From: Dimorphilus gyrociliatus
Taxonomy: Eukaryota; Animalia; Annelida
Assembly (NCBI GenBank): GCA_904063045.1
Contig: CAJFCJ010000028.1
Location: 935,230 to 999,229, forward strand
DNA length: 64,000 nucleotides
Direction: 5' to 3'
In this document: positions 23,701 to 38,757 of the stretch, piece after piece
Numbering within the stretch: position 1 is the first letter of the stretch
Layout of the letters: each line of letters starts with the position of its first letter
Translations under genes and position numbers: made by a program
Notes under the pieces: generated by a model
Databases searched by the model: none
Told to the model about the DNA's origin: nothing
Seen by the model: only the letters and a program-made list of their open reading frames with translations

Positions 23701-26700
23701 GTAAAAATGAACTAAACTGAGTCTACGTACTTTTACTAAGCTCGTAAACACAAAATATGGTTCGATAATTCTTAAAATAGCAAAACTATACATTCTATAA
23801 AAATATAGAAAATTCCCAAGGTAATTCCAAACAGAGCAACAGATATTTTAAAAATATCATAAGTAAACTTAAAAGTTAATGATGCATTAAAAAAAATTCA
23901 TTTACCCTTAAATTAAATTAACAATGGAAATTTCTTAGGAAATTTCATTAAGAATTCAACTAAAGTAAAATAAATAGGAGATGTTTAATCAACTCACCAG
24001 CTTTGGCAATAGTTAGGAAATCCTCTTTAAATTTTAGCTCTTCAATATTTCGATCACCGAAAGCTGCAGGAGATGGAGTTTGCGGAAATGACATAGGCCT
24101 ATTTTTCTTTCCATTTGCAGCTAACTCTGATAGGTTGGGATTAGAACTACTTAAAAGCGATGCAGAACCAGTTGATGAGGTGTGTAGACTTCCCTGTAAA
24201 TAGTTTTCCGAAAAAGAAAATTTAGTGTACTTGATTCAAATACATATTTTTCTTTCTTTTATTATACAACGTCTTAGGAATGACTTTATTTAACCGTCAA
24301 TAGATTCAAAGCACGTATGATAAATTTAATAATAAAAAGTTCATCATAAATAATCGAGACTAATAATTAAATAGAAAATATTTTAATATGAAGATTAAGC
24401 AAATATGTCATTCCCTTATTTGATTTGAATAAGTTTGTTACATTAAAACTATTTAAAACATTATTTAAAAAGAATGAAAGAGGTGGAAAGAATGAAAGAG
24501 CATACCGAAGAAGATGGACTCTCTTTTTTCTTCTTTTTGAACGCAATTCTTTTGGATTTTGTACTTGGATTGGGTGATGGTGAAATTTGCTGTGCTATTT
24601 CGCCATTACCATCGTTATACTTGAAAAGTGAGATGAAAAAATAGATAGAGGTTCAGTTATTAGTATTAGAATCTAAAAAAAAGTCTCTTTACTTCTTTAA
24701 TATTTACAATAGTTCATATAAAAAATTTAATAAAATTAAAGATGAAACAGCCATCTAGATTTAGTCCGAAGCATACATACTTTAACCACGTATTCAATGC
24801 TTAGATGTACAATAAAATAATTTAAACGAAGCAATTTAGCCCTAAAATTAGTTAGGTTAGTCTGAACTTCCGATTCCGCCGGGTATATTTTTACTGTATA
24901 ATTTCCTTTAGCTATCTCGTACTGTGTTGGTTTAATTACATTTTATTACTTGCATGGTCTAGTAAATAAAACTATTGTACTATTCTTCAGTGAAGCTACT
25001 ATAATGAAATGGATAGAAAAATTTCATGCAATTAACCTATTGTAATTTATAAATAAAGCGTATTCTTTTATATGATTATCAGAAACTTCAGTCGCTTGTG
25101 TAATAACAAATGTTATATAATATACAGTATACTATATAAAATTGCTACAAACTATATAAAGGTGGCTGAATAAAACAGAGATGAAAGAGACTTATTTATG
25201 TTCGATTTCGTTAAAGTTACAATATTTAACAAATCAACAAGTTTAAATTTTAATCATTCGTTAATACAATGGCAACTAAAAGTAGTATTTCAATCCAATC
25301 ACTACAGAGTATACTTACATTCTCCTCGAGGAAATTTTCTGTTTCGCTGGACTGATGAAGTCGCTCCAAAATTTGCCCTAATTCGTGGATTTGATTGTTA
25401 GCATTCTTTAGATCTGTTATTGACAAAAAGAAAAAGTATATTTTTTTTCACAGAAAAGTGAACAGTTCTCATTCGAACTCATTTTCATTAATACAATTAA
25501 AAGATTACGTATTAACTTTTATTTGTCATGTATAAATATTTGCTGCTATGTTTATTTTTAAGAGGCCTCTTACCAAAATAAGTGCCAAAACTTATTGGTA
25601 TCTATTCGATAAGGTAGAATAAATATATTCTTTACTCTGTATTATTACCAGTGCAAAAACTGATAGTATTAGTATATTATTTTATATAGAAAAAGCTATG
25701 ATTATCAGATTATTTACCCTAGAGCAAGTTCGTGTAACGTGCTTCAGATAGCAACAACGAGAAAAGAATATCTATATTTATGTGTCATATGTTATTGATA
25801 TAGATATTTTCCCTTGAAAGCTGCTAAAAACGTATTAAAAAAATCCTGCACTGATGGTAGTGATATTATGTATACGGTTTGTTTTATGTGAGGTTTCAAT
25901 ATTTCTTGTATAAGAAAAAGACATCAAAAATTGAGTTATATCTCCTTCATTGTGCTGTTTTATAATGTTTAGACATACATTGTTATAACGAATATATATA
26001 TACTGTATATATACTGTGTATATTTAAACGTAAGGCTATATTTTATTGGGATAAACATACCTCCATTACACATCTCCATTCCGCTATCTTCAGCAAGCCA
26101 GGCGTATCCCACTTGGCTTTTGTCGACCATACTAACTTTTCTTTTTAAGCTACTTCTTGTTGAAGCTGTTGAAGAAAGAAAGTATATGAATGTATCATTC
26201 ATTAATATTAGACAAATATTAACCAAGAGGAGATGTAATTGGTGTAAGCTCCCTAGACACATCTTTTTGAAGGATATTTTGCCTAAAAAGCCTATGTTCC
26301 AATAAGGCCTTTATCCAGTAGTCAAAAGATTTTGGATTCTTTTCCTAAAATTAATAGAAACTTTAATTTTGCACACATAAAAGACATAAGAAACGTAGGG
26401 ATTATTTTTTTAGTAAGACTTATTTATGATCTGTATCGCACTCTAAATACTTTATATTGAAAATATTGTAGTATGTATCGTATCATTAAGAAAAATTTAA
26501 AGTATTCAGACTAAAGCTTTCTGAAAGCATTCAAAGAGTGTTATTTGTTCTTATAATTAGACGTTAGGAACGTCACTAAAGTCAGGACATCAATAGTATT
26601 AAGAGGGTCTTTCGGGATGTTAGTATAAAAAAATTCCATGCTAAAGATAGATCAATAGAATAAATATTTCCCTCCCCTCTCCTTCATCAACAAAAGAAAA

Positions 26701-29700
26701 TCCTTTCCTTTACGAAATCCCAAATTAGGTTTAATAATAATAAAGTCATGTAATATTGAAAATTCTCACCTCACACTGAAAAATTTGTTAAAGAGGAAAA
26801 GTACTTCTAATTGGCTTATAATTGCAATAGATTTCGAATATTAACAAACCTTAAGATGAAATATAAAACTCCCGTTGTCAATATGTATTCTACGGCTGGA
26901 AGGTTTATACGTGATGCATGAGAAACCTACATCCGCCTCTCCGTGTAATTTATGCTTGTCGATCTGAAAATAAGGACAGTTTAGTTTAAAAGAAAAATAC
27001 TCATATGAAAATTGTATATTCTATATATTCAATTAAATTTGAAGCTAAATTTGCCATATTTTAAAAATAGTATGTAATCTATTTTTATATATATAAATAC
27101 TCTGCTAAATAACATACTTTTTAAGATTTTAACATTTGTAATAAAACTCTAATAATGCCGGCATGACAAATTTGAGTATATAATTTTACATCTATAGATA
27201 AATGCAGAGTAATACAAATATGATCAATTTAGTATATTTTTTATCTGATGTTAAAGAAGGCAAAATAGAATGCGACAAGAATCCTCTTTGATCAGAGAAA
27301 TATCAAAAAATAAACGTGGCGATATATAGATTGAAAGTAATGAATAAAGAGGAGAAATATTAAATGGAATAAAGGTATAATTAATAGAAATAGAGAGAGT
27401 TTATTAAAATTCTTTTGTCAGTTTAAGTAGAGAGATTTTTCTATTCTTTATAAACTATAAGTTAAATAGAATAAAATTAGAAGAATTTAGGAATGGTGAA
27501 TTCTTTTTTTAATATGAAAAAAACCATCTTAAGTAAATTTAAGTTAAACCTAAACCGCATATTGATCACAACTAGAGAGAAACTTACATCATTAGGAGTT
27601 CGGGCGTATATAAGTATCCCATTTTCCAGAACAAAATATCTCTTATGCCACCCTTTCATTGGCCATTTTCTTCTTTTCATCAAATATCCATCGTGCTTCA
27701 GAGGAGTTCGGTCATATTTTACTCCTTCTGCAAGATCCTCCATCATCTACACCATACATAAAAAATTGATTATTAAACTTATAGAAAATTTATTGACTAT
27801 CTGAGCTAATAATAAAATATTACAAGCCATTCTTTTCCAGACACTTTGTCACTCTTAGAAGGAACGGAACTCGACAATCTATTAGACGGATCATTATCGC
27901 CACTGTCATCGTCACTATAATCCTATATAAATAAGAAAGTATTGTGATGAGAAGTTGAAAAAATATTAAAACAATAATCTAAAAGTAAGCAACTTATATT
28001 CTAACACATATTTTAATATATTATAGAATTGATAGCAGAGTTATTTAGCTAATTATTTTTAATGACAGACCGAACAAATTACCATTTTGTAACTATTCGC
28101 ATTAGAGTTAACTAGAGAAAACGATGTGCTAAGAATAAGACATTTCTCCCTAAAATTTTTAACCTTTCATCATGTTTATGAAATTTCAATTAACATTCAC
28201 ATGGCTAAAGATATATTTTGCTCTCTTTTACCCTGGCTTTTTCATAGGATGAAAACTATTCATCAATAAAGCTAATACATTATCTTTTTGTAAATATTAG
28301 CAGAGAAAATGATATTAAAACCATCCTATAAAACTTCATTACAACCATAAACGTTTAGAGAGGCATTTAATATTTTATGCAAAATTACCAATACATTAAA
28401 ATAGTTTAACTCTTGAAACAAAAATATCATTTCAGAGTCCCGTAACTAGAATGTAAAACAGATTTTTAAGCTCATTTCACAAACGATAAGCTTCACAATT
28501 TATTGACCTTTTTAGCCGCACTACTTTAAAAAGTCTTTTCTTTTATATACAGTTTTATTCAAAAAAAAGTAACAGTTGGAATACAAAAAAACATATTGAA
28601 AGAGCTGATCGAAGTAAAATAAGGACCTATCTATTATTTTTAACTTTAAATATATACTAATATCAAAAAGATACTCATAGAATAAATGTACCACTGTATG
28701 TACAATTAGCAATGCATTATGTATTGCATATAAATATATCCATAAAGCAGATATATGCAACATATATATATATATTTATAATATACACAAGCAAATATAT
28801 CATACATCTATATATTTATAATATATACAAGTATACATACACTAGATAATACTACAAGTTGAATAGTTATTGTCAAATGGAATAAATATTAAGACCTAAC
28901 GGTGAAAAAATCGGATCATGTACACCTAAATTTTAAATATCATACTATAAACTAAAACCTTGTACTGGCTTACGAAATCACAAAGTAAAGTAAAACTCGA
29001 TAATTAATCGAAAGGGCGTCCTATTTATTGGCCGAGAATGTACAAAATGTAGGCATGGAAACAGTAAATTGAATATCGCACGATCTCATTTCATGCTAAT
29101 CAGAACAGCAGACGGGTTTGACACCAAAATTTTCTAGTAAAGATACGAAGCAATATTTATTAAGAGCAAGAAATCGAATATAAACAGCATTCAAGCATGT
29201 AATCTAGAGTTCATTTAAATTAATCAATTTTTTTCATCCTATAGCATTAAGAGAAAAAAGAGTACATCGTACTTGTAATAACATCAAATCTTCGAAACAT
29301 TATTAAAGAAGGAGCGACGATCATGATATTAATAAGACATTTGAATAACAATAACTCAATATGTCTAAACAGAACTCTATTTGTCAATAATAAATGGCGT
29401 TTAATATATTGAATTTATCTTAATGAAATGTTTACAAGAGATATAACTGAAGAAAATTAGTTGACTCTCCTACCTTTTCTCGACTTATAGCTCTTTGAAA
29501 TTTTTGTTTAATAGTAGTATTTTTTGTAGAGATTTTTTCTTGATCACTTTGAAAATCATCACTACTAATTGACCAAGTAAATTTGCCATTTTCCTGACGA
29601 GACGTGTCTTGACGATATATAGGTCCGCTAAAACTTGATGATTTACGATGTTTTTTCAAGAGAATCTTCTTGTGCTGCTGTTGTTTTTTATCCGACATGG

Positions 29701-31905
29701 GCATATTTCAATACGGAATAGAAAAGTGTTCAAGATTTTTCAATGAGATCTCGCTCCAAATCGATTGACCATAAACTGGTCCGAAAAGAGAAATATTGTG
29801 GTGAATATCATTCGGTTCCTTCGAGTGATACACCCACAATATATATGCATGTGCAAAAAAAATATGGCCGAAGAAGTAGGCCTAAAGTAGCACTAAATAT
29901 TTAGATGAAGGTAAAGAGACACGCCTTAAGCCTATAGCGAAATAGTTCATGGTTCAATAAACAAACTAAGAATCGTTCTGCTAAATAGCGTTCTCTCTCT
30001 ACAATTGAAAAAGTCTATCTTACATATTTATATGCATGGACACTGTAAAGCTTCAATACTAAACTGTAGCAAAAAGTAAATTTATAATAAAAAATAATCA
30101 AAAAAAAACACACAAAGGCTCCAAATATTATCTAAGATACATTGATTTTTTATGAACTCTTTAATAGTATAGGTGGCGTTCTCTAGCGCACAACTTGACA
30201 AGAGAAAATTTCTATTTCGGTTAAATGAAAATCACTGGATAGTGTAAAATATTTATAATTTGTAAACAACAAGATCAATAAGTATATTAAAATCTCTTTA
30301 ATTCCCAGGTTGTCTTGAACGGAATCAGACTACTTCTGATATATTAGACATTTCAAAGATACCAGAAAGTTAAATTAATATTTAAACATATTATGTACAC
30401 TTCAGCCGACATAAAAGTACGTGTAAAACGTATGAAAATGTATACCTTTCTTAAATATGAAACATGTGTCTTCCATATTCACATAGTTTTTTTACCGGCA
30501 CCACCCAATGACTAAATATTTACACCATGGTATTCAACCTATGTTATACTTCCATTATACATATATTATATATATAACAATATATCTATGTTTATGTTTA
30601 TGTATTTATTAGGTTATTTAGAGCAACAGGACCATTCCAATAAAGGAATTTTCTAAATAAGAATGGAAGACTTTTTAAATTGTTGACTGAACCAAAGCAT
30701 AATTTTTGACTAATAAAGACATTCCTTTGAAAATAAAGGCAAAAGAAAACACGTATTCAATATTCACTTAAACAATACTTATCTTGGACAAAAAAAATCC
30801 TATCTATTTTTGTCCTCTTACGTAGATCGGGTAACAACTAATCTTATGACTAAAGCATTATTAAATGTTTATATATTACAACAAAATAAGGTAATCAGAC
30901 GACTAAATGAATTACAAATGATAAACATTCGATAACGGGAAAGAAATAGTCTATTAAAACTATAATATATTAATTTAATATTGAAATCGATTTCTGTAGC
31001 AGATTGTTGAATTTGAAAATTTGTATGTTTTTCTATATGTCTCTACTTCTTCCATGATTTCGTTGATAATGATGTTGAGGTTAACTTGGATTTAACTTAA
31101 GGCCTATCGCAGATTTATTTTCTACATATTAGGACTACTAAACAAAGCCAGCTTAATCACACTCTAAGTAGATGCTTTAAATGGTTTTTATAGCTTTATC
31201 AAAGACCTATAAAAATGGTCTTTCTATTTTGTTATGTTTTTATTTGAAGGAACACCTTAAAAATGATACAGTTAGATTTTGACACTTCCATCTATTAATT
31301 TCTAACTTGACACTATAATAGATGTAATAATATCAATTAAAACCGTAACATCTGCTAGGGATGTTACAACTTCAAGTAACTCGTCAAAATTATTAATATT
31401 TCGCGTAATATGCACAATTCTATATCTTACAACAAAAGATATACAATAAATTTATCACTATCCGAAGCATTTGAAAAAAATAATAATAAGAACATCATTA
31501 GAGAATAGAAGTAAAAATAGGATAGACAGATGGATAGATTGATAGAAAGATTGATTACAAAAACAGCAACAAAACAATTTTTCATTTTAATATTTAATTC
31601 TTAATAATCTAATCGTCATAAAGACAAAAGAAATATTTTGTAATTAAAAAATAATTTAGCTCTTTCTTGCTTCTAGTTAAGTTATTAATTTTTAATTTAT
31701 ATTTTTATTTGTCATTAAAAACAACTATTTCTCATTTATCTTAATTGAAAAGAAAAAAAAATAGAATATTAACACTTACAACATGCTTTTGTTTCTTTTG
31801 ATTTACTGTGTCGATTTGAGACAAGCTTGATGACGTGTTTCTTCTTGTAGCAGCTGGTGAAGAGGAATGCTTAGTTTGTCCTTTATCCGATAGTTCTAAG
31901 GACAT
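20754..31905 (-). CDS. OSBPL3/6/7: Oxysterol-binding protein-related protein of the ORP3/6/7 subfamily (PH + FFAT + ORD), multi-exon
   Basis: PH domain [26 protein letters not shown]; FFAT motif EFYDAQE (23061-23081); ORD motifs [14 protein letters not shown]|VSHHPPISA and [16 protein letters not shown]; ends YWETR...LW* at 20754. Confidence 0.93.
29474..29704 (-). CDS. Candidate proximal alternative first coding exon of the OSBPL3/6/7 gene (77 codons)
   Basis: [13 protein letters not shown]...RAISREK ends at a phase-0 donor GTAGGA, compatible with the phase-0 exon 27922-27824. Confidence 0.55.
31807..31905 (-). CDS. Candidate distal first coding exon of the OSBPL3/6/7 gene (33 codons)
   Basis: [33 protein letters not shown] followed by a phase-0 donor GTAAAT; preceded by an apparent 5'UTR intron of about 56 nt (GTAAGA...TCATAG). 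Confidence 0.6.
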
Positions 31906-34900
31906 TGGTAGTTTTATCTGGAATGAAACACTGTCTATGAGAAGCCGTAAATAATGAAAAATTTCTCATCAAGAATAGGAAACCAGCTCTTACCAGAATA
32001 GCAGACCATATACCCGATAAGAGTAGGAATACTACATTATTAGTAATAATATGCTTATATTATGTGAGATATGAAAAAGTTAATTATGGTAGGGAACAAT
32101 CACAGTAGAATATAATTTTCTTAAATACAAGTACTATCTCAAAAGTACAGTTTTTTCTCGCAATCTAAATAGTATTCATTATACATTACATCAACTTAAT
32201 GTAATCATAATAAATCTATATAAACATTTACGTACTGGTTTATGTCGATTTTTATATTATTTCACATACCGCTTCAAACAGGAAAATGAAGTCATGATAT
32301 GACGCAGGAAGAGTGCGGGCACGAGATAGTGACTGAACGAGAGAGAGTAGGAGCGGGAAGAAATAATACATTTATATGCACATATATTTAAGAAAAGTAA
32401 CATACATCTATCACCGTGTTTTGCAATTGTAACAATAGGATTTTACCCTACATCTACTTTGTTAGAAATAGATTCTTTTTCATCAATACATAATGAAACT
32501 CCAAATGATTAGTAGAAGAGGTTATCACGATTGATAAGAATAGAAACAAATATATAAATATACCTATATTTATTTTTATCATGTGCTGAAATAAAACTGA
32601 AGAAAATGTGCAAGAACCAATGAATAATAAAATTTCTTGTGACAAATATGAGAAACGTTCTATTGTGTCTACTAACAATCATAGTATCTGTAAAAACTGT
32701 GCATAAACCGGCATGATATCGAAAATGTATACAAATTATGTTTACACAATCCAGAAAGGGAGAGGGGGAGTGAGTATGCGTACGTGCGTGCATGTACACA
32801 AGAAAGAGAGCGAGAGAGAGACGGAGGAAAAGGTGGTTGAATTCCAGTTCTATATTATTTAGCTTAATAGTCTCAATTTATTATTAGATAACTTAATAAG
32901 AATTATTAAAATGACCATCTCTAAGTAATAAAAGCTAACTTAGACTGATTATTCAAAATTAAAAGATAAAAGGAAAATCGTTTCAACTCCCACGTACTTG
33001 TAGAAGTGACTCATAAATAGAATATGTTCTGGAGGCGAAATAACCTACTGTTACATAAAACATAGTCAAATTTATTTAAATGTATTTGTTTTAAAGAAAA
33101 AAATATTGAATAGCTGAACTGTCTACTAAGAATAGGTTTAAAATAAGACATTATTCATAAAATACTACTATATACTTAATATACTGTAATATAAATATAT
33201 AAGTTTTTAATGAAAGATATTACATAGATGATTTTGCTACTTTGCATACTCGTATATTCAGAAAGGGTATATTTATTTCATAAAGGCGTTTTCTCCCTCT
33301 TTTTTACCGTTCAATATTTTCCAGGTAAATTAAACAAAGTGTGTGACATTTAGAAACTATAGCTGTCTTAGATGTAATTTTTACTCAAATCATAGAGATA
33401 GAACTCAACTAGAATGTTCCAAAAAGAACAAAATATATACAATAAAATACTACTTATTTCTCTATGCCTTGTAACGATGATTTTTTAAAGTAAAATTAAA
33501 AGAAAAAGCTCTTAAGTGACATTAATAGATTTTATAATTATAGAATAAGAATATATAAATAAGTTTGATACCTTGGAATATTTTCCACCACGCATCCTTT
33601 ACAATAAAAGAGGTAGAAATGAAATAATTTTGAAATGTATAGTTCTAAAGCTAAAGCAGTCAATAGTCAGTCAATGACTTTATACCTTATCATAAAACTG
33701 GTTAAATAAAATTATTTTTTCGAGATAAGGCAGGTTAAGGTTAATGATTAGGACTAAGTTTTCATAACAATATTAAAAATATATAACTTTGTTGTATTGA
33801 AGTTTGATAAGTAAGATGATATAGCACAGTGAAATATTGTGGGGCGAAGGTCGAATAACTACATCATATTAACAGAAAAATTTCTTAGCAAACCGTTATA
33901 AGTTACTGGTAAGGAATATCGAAAAAAACGAAGGTTAAGCCTAGAAATTTTTATCATATTTTATTTATTTTTAGTATTATAAAACTTTCTCTTCGACCAA
34001 AACTCGTATAGTCTGCTCTTTAAAACGGAATGAAAATAAATTCTTTAAGTCTTATGAATAAACTATGTCAAAAATATCAAACGAATGATCTAGAATCATC
34101 TAAGATTAACGAAATAACAACCAGAGTAATATTGTTAGAATGCTTTACCTTTTACTTGCAACTATCTGAACTTGATTAGGTAACTTGTTTCTCAATATTA
34201 GTTCAAATGTCATCAAGTTTTCTATTGCTGTAATTCTCATATTTTAATGGAAAAGGTTTGGTTAGGCTTTTCGTAACATTATTTTCGTAATTTGGAAAAA
34301 ATTCGATATCTAAAGATATATTTGGGAAATTTTTTTCTTCAAATTTCCTTAATAACTGATTAAACAAGTGCTGATAATTTTGTTTCGATAATCGTTTTAT
34401 TTATTTTTCTGTCAGTTTTAACGAATGCCGATAAGATTTATAATCGATTTAATTTATCACTTCGATATTTATGGTTAACCTAAATACTGGATAGTATTTA
34501 TTAATCCAAAAATCTAAATATTCCCTATCAAATACTTGAAACTTACTTTGTTTTTTGATAATTTTGCTATTCGTCCCATTTTCTGTGCTATTTTCCTTTT
34601 TTAACATTTTATTTATGTAGCCTATAAAACTACTCGATAATTTTTTTTTAAAGCGTTATCAGATCGAATAGATAACTCGTACTTCGTAGATTTGTCGTTA
34701 GTTTTTCTTTAAGAGAGGTAAATTGAATAATATCTAATTAATCGTTGCGTTTTCTATTGATATGGACAACTTATCATTGGAAGTGGAAAGGATGTTTTTA
34801 AAGTGTTTAAACAGTATCAGAATTCTAAAAAGGATAAAAGTTAATTTCTAGAGTGTGTATGGTATATTGAATAAATAATGGTTTTAAATCTGTTTTTGCG

Positions 34901-35245
34901 TTATTTACAAAATTATGTTAAACTAATTCTGAAATATTCGAACAAATAAATAAAACTCGAGAGAATACCCGAATGAGATATTTGGGTGGCACAATAACAA
35001 ACTCAATGCTTGAGTGGCAGTCGCTTTTAGTAGCACCGCTATTGTTGTTTTCGTAACTGTCATGGCGTCGGAAGGTAGAAAATTATGCTGAAATCTCGAT
35101 TAAAGCAGCAAATAGTGCACATTTTTCATCGAAGTTGCGTTGAAATTTTAACCGAGTAAATCAACGTTCGATGGTGATGCATGCCGCGAAATATCCGCGG
35201 TTAGAAGTTGGGTAAGCCTCATTTAAACTTTTGCATTGGAACCCT

Positions 35246-35255
35246 CCGCCATTTT
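35246..35255 (+). promoter_or_regulatory. YY1-like motif near the WAC 5' end
   Basis: CCGCCATTTT matches the YY1 core CCGCCATNTT; it lies in the GC-richer region just upstream of the WAC ATG. Confidence 0.4.
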
Positions 35256-35350
35256 GGGAAAAATTTATCCCTTGAATTTTCTATTTTTATTGCTTAAAAC
35301 ACTCTTATAGCAATATATAAAATCATCTCTTTTTAACAGATATACTGGAC

Positions 35351-38300
35351 ATGTTGAGAAACCGCGGGCCCACCGATGCGATGTATGATTATATTGAAAT
35401 AATTCATATTAAAATTTTAATATAAATAAGTCGCTTTTTTTACCTCCGCAGAATAACGATCGGTACGGTTCGGAGAAGTCGCACAATCGATTAGAAGCCT
35501 CTTACAAAGGAGAACTCGAAAAAAGTCCAAGATATCCTAGCAAAAGTCGAGATACTCGATCACATAAAGGTTGATTTCTTTTTTAAAATCTAAATAGGAA
35601 TCAAATCAAAAAATAAGTTTTTTTAAGCATTAAAATGATCTAATCCAGATATTGTTTTTAATATTAATCGATTTGAATTATTATTTTACATTTAAATTGA
35701 AAAATAATAATATTTGTATGACTGATTAATTTTAAAGTCTTTAATTCCAAGCGTAAGCAAACTACCTGTTTTGTTATGTACTTATACAATCTAGCTTACA
35801 AATAACATTATAAAACTGTCTAATGGCAAACTGTAATTAAAACAATAATTTTAACTATGATTAAGACTTCTTAGAATTTTTTTTCGAGACAAGAGTAACA
35901 TTGTGAGCTTACGATGTTTAAAAAAGTCAAATATATCTTTTTTTTATTTATTTTTTACTATAAGATACTGATATATTGTTTATTTTTAGGTGAAAGAAAT
36001 AGAACAAATCATGTACATTCAAGAAACAGTGAAAAAACACGATCGGATAAGGAATCACAATTTCGGTCCAGAGACGAACCAGAGCCTGAAAAAAGAAGGG
36101 ATGACCAACGACGAAAAATAAAAGACGATGTATGTTATTATTTTGCATAAATTAAGCCACAAAATATCATATATTTTTAAATTTCAGTCTAGAAGAGTTG
36201 CTATTCGTTATTGCGGTGACTGGACTGAGCAGAGAAGTAGCACAAGTAATAGGTAAGAAAACACTTTTTAGTTTATATATTTAGGGTTTAATTTAAATTT
36301 ATTCCTATTTTTTAACAAAAAAGAATATACTACTTCAATACCGCTACTGAAGAATCACGTTGGGAGAAACCACCAGAGTGGGAGGATTCGTGAGTATACT
36401 ACCTGTGAAATACAATAATTGCAATAGATTTAATATATCTATAGACGAGCCAAAGTTCCTGATCATTCCACATCTTCTTCTATGCCACATCGCCGACATA
36501 ATTCACAATCATCAAATAGACCATGTGAGTAAAATTGAAAGAATAGTTTATTAAAATAATCCAAAAATAGAAATTAGTGCACCATTAAAGATAATTTGTT
36601 AGCTGCTTGCGAAAGGATATACAACACAAATAAATTTCAGTTGCACTATTATTAAAAACTGTACAATGGCTACAGATTTACCATTGGATATGAATGAAAT
36701 ATATAGAATTATTCCTAACACTGGTTTAAGTAGTTTAAGTTAATATTTTTTTTAATCATTAATTCTAATTGTTTGTTAGCTGTAAGCATTAATAGAAACA
36801 ATTATTGTCTTTTCAAATAATTGCTATTGTAAGTATTGTAGATAATTGGCTTAAAATTTTTAAAATAACTCTTCTTATACAGATGAACGCCCATCATCCT
36901 CCGCATCTGCTAATCATCAGAAATCTTGGCATGAATCGTCTCGTGATACTCGCCATTCATCTACCAGACCTGCAGACTATCATCGGACAAGTAATGGACC
37001 CAGACGTCCCATTGATGATCGACATACTTCATCATCAAGGAGAGATTCGTCCTCCAAAGACGCTCGTCAGAACAATGAACGTTCCGGTAGTATTACTTCC
37101 TCCGGAAATCGAAAAGACAGGAGAGAAGAAGCTAGTCGAACCCAGGGTATGCTAATTTATAATTGTTTTTAAAGGATCCAATTCAAATTTACATCTCTTA
37201 TGGATTAGTAACGGAAGTAAAAGATTTGGGTGAAGACATGGAAATCAGTCCAACATCATCCCCATGTTCATCAACTCATTCGTCGCCTTCAATAAAAGGA
37301 AAGCAAAATTCGAAAGGTTTGTAAATCTTCTTACAAATATTTGTATAAGGATTTTTTAATAAGTATATTTGGAAAACCCTGATATCCAAGCGAATGATTT
37401 AGATTTGACATCATTTGAAGTGAAATTAATGAAGATGAACAAAGCATCCTTTTATCAGTATGACGATAGAGATAGTGATAGACTTTCGGAGAAAAAGCTA
37501 GATACTGATTCTGAGTGTGAGATAGAAGCTGGGGAAATTGCTGATTCCCCACCAAAGTACAGTTATAGTTGGAATAAACCTACCGAGATAAAGATTACTG
37601 AAAAACACAAATTTGAGACAAGACAGCGTTCTTGTTTGAATTTAATTGACCCAAGGCTCATAAAATCACATACAAACGAAGAAGTCGGAAGAAGTTGGAA
37701 CCAGTACAGACCGTTAACAAATAACAATTTCAGCTACCAGCAGTTTCAGAATGGTCGCCAATTATTTTGGCCAAAAGATATCCAAAGCAGAAACCATTCC
37801 GAGGAAGAAATTAGAAAAAAAAGAAGAGAAAAAAGTGAAAAAGATTATTTTCGTTAGTTATTAGGACTAAGTGAATTTTAGACATCCCTAGTCTCCCCCA
37901 GAAATCATTATAATCTTTTAGAAAAATTAATATCTGCTTAATTCAAGAATTTTCAAATGTTCACAGAAATTTATTAATTATGTATTTTTTATATTACAGC
38001 TATGGTTGAAGTTTTAAAAAACATACAAGAAGCATTAACCAAAAAATCAATTATTGGTAAAAAAATATGTCCAACCGATGGAGGGTCCAATGGTAGAATT
38101 CCTACTGCCAACAACGATGAAGATCCAGACGACGACTATGAGAGTCCAGAAGATGGTTCAGATCAAGATTCCCGAACGAGTAGTGTTCCACCAGAAACAC
38201 CAGAAGACATGAATATTGTAGACAAGCTTAATAGGTAATGGATTTTTTTTATTTAATGATAGTGCTTTTTACGATTAAAAAAGATACTAATTGTTTGTTT

Positions 38301-38757
38301 TAAACAGTCAATTACCGCCGTCAACAGGCTCCTTATCCAAACTCAAACCACGATCAAGGGATACAGTGCCGACTCTTCCGCCCAGCTTAGCCGATTATTA
38401 CGATGAATCCTTAATTGGACATGTAAAAAGTTGGCCATCCGAACTAGCCGAGACCGAAACTTGGAAGTTGGGAGGTGAATTGCTTCAATTAAAGGCCTCA
38501 AATAGCCAAGTGTCTGTCGATTTGAAACGATACCGTAGTGCGGTGAGACTCGCAAACGTTCAAGCAACGCTGAAAGAACAAAGGTAATTAGCTATTTGTT
38601 TTTCTTATTTTTTATTGCTTTTAGATTGAAGAATATAAAATAAATTAATTGAAAAATTTTTTTTATCCCAAATAGAATAATCTTTCTGCAAAAATTACAA
38701 AAGAATATTGAAGAGTCAAAACCGGCACGGCATTTTCAAGACGATTGCGTGTCTTAG
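35351..38757 (+). CDS. WAC: WW domain-containing adapter with coiled coil, multi-exon
   Basis: Spliced WW domain GDWTEQRSSTSNRIYYFNTATEESRWEKPPEW. C-terminus YYDESLIGHVKSWPSELAE...LKRYRSAVRLANVQATLKEQRIIFLQ matches the WAC C-terminal signature. ATG 35351, TAG 38755-38757. Confidence 0.9.

Noticed and set aside
31346-31368. Perfect 8-bp inverted repeat GTAACATC/GATGTTAC
   Set aside because: An isolated short hairpin with no supporting context.
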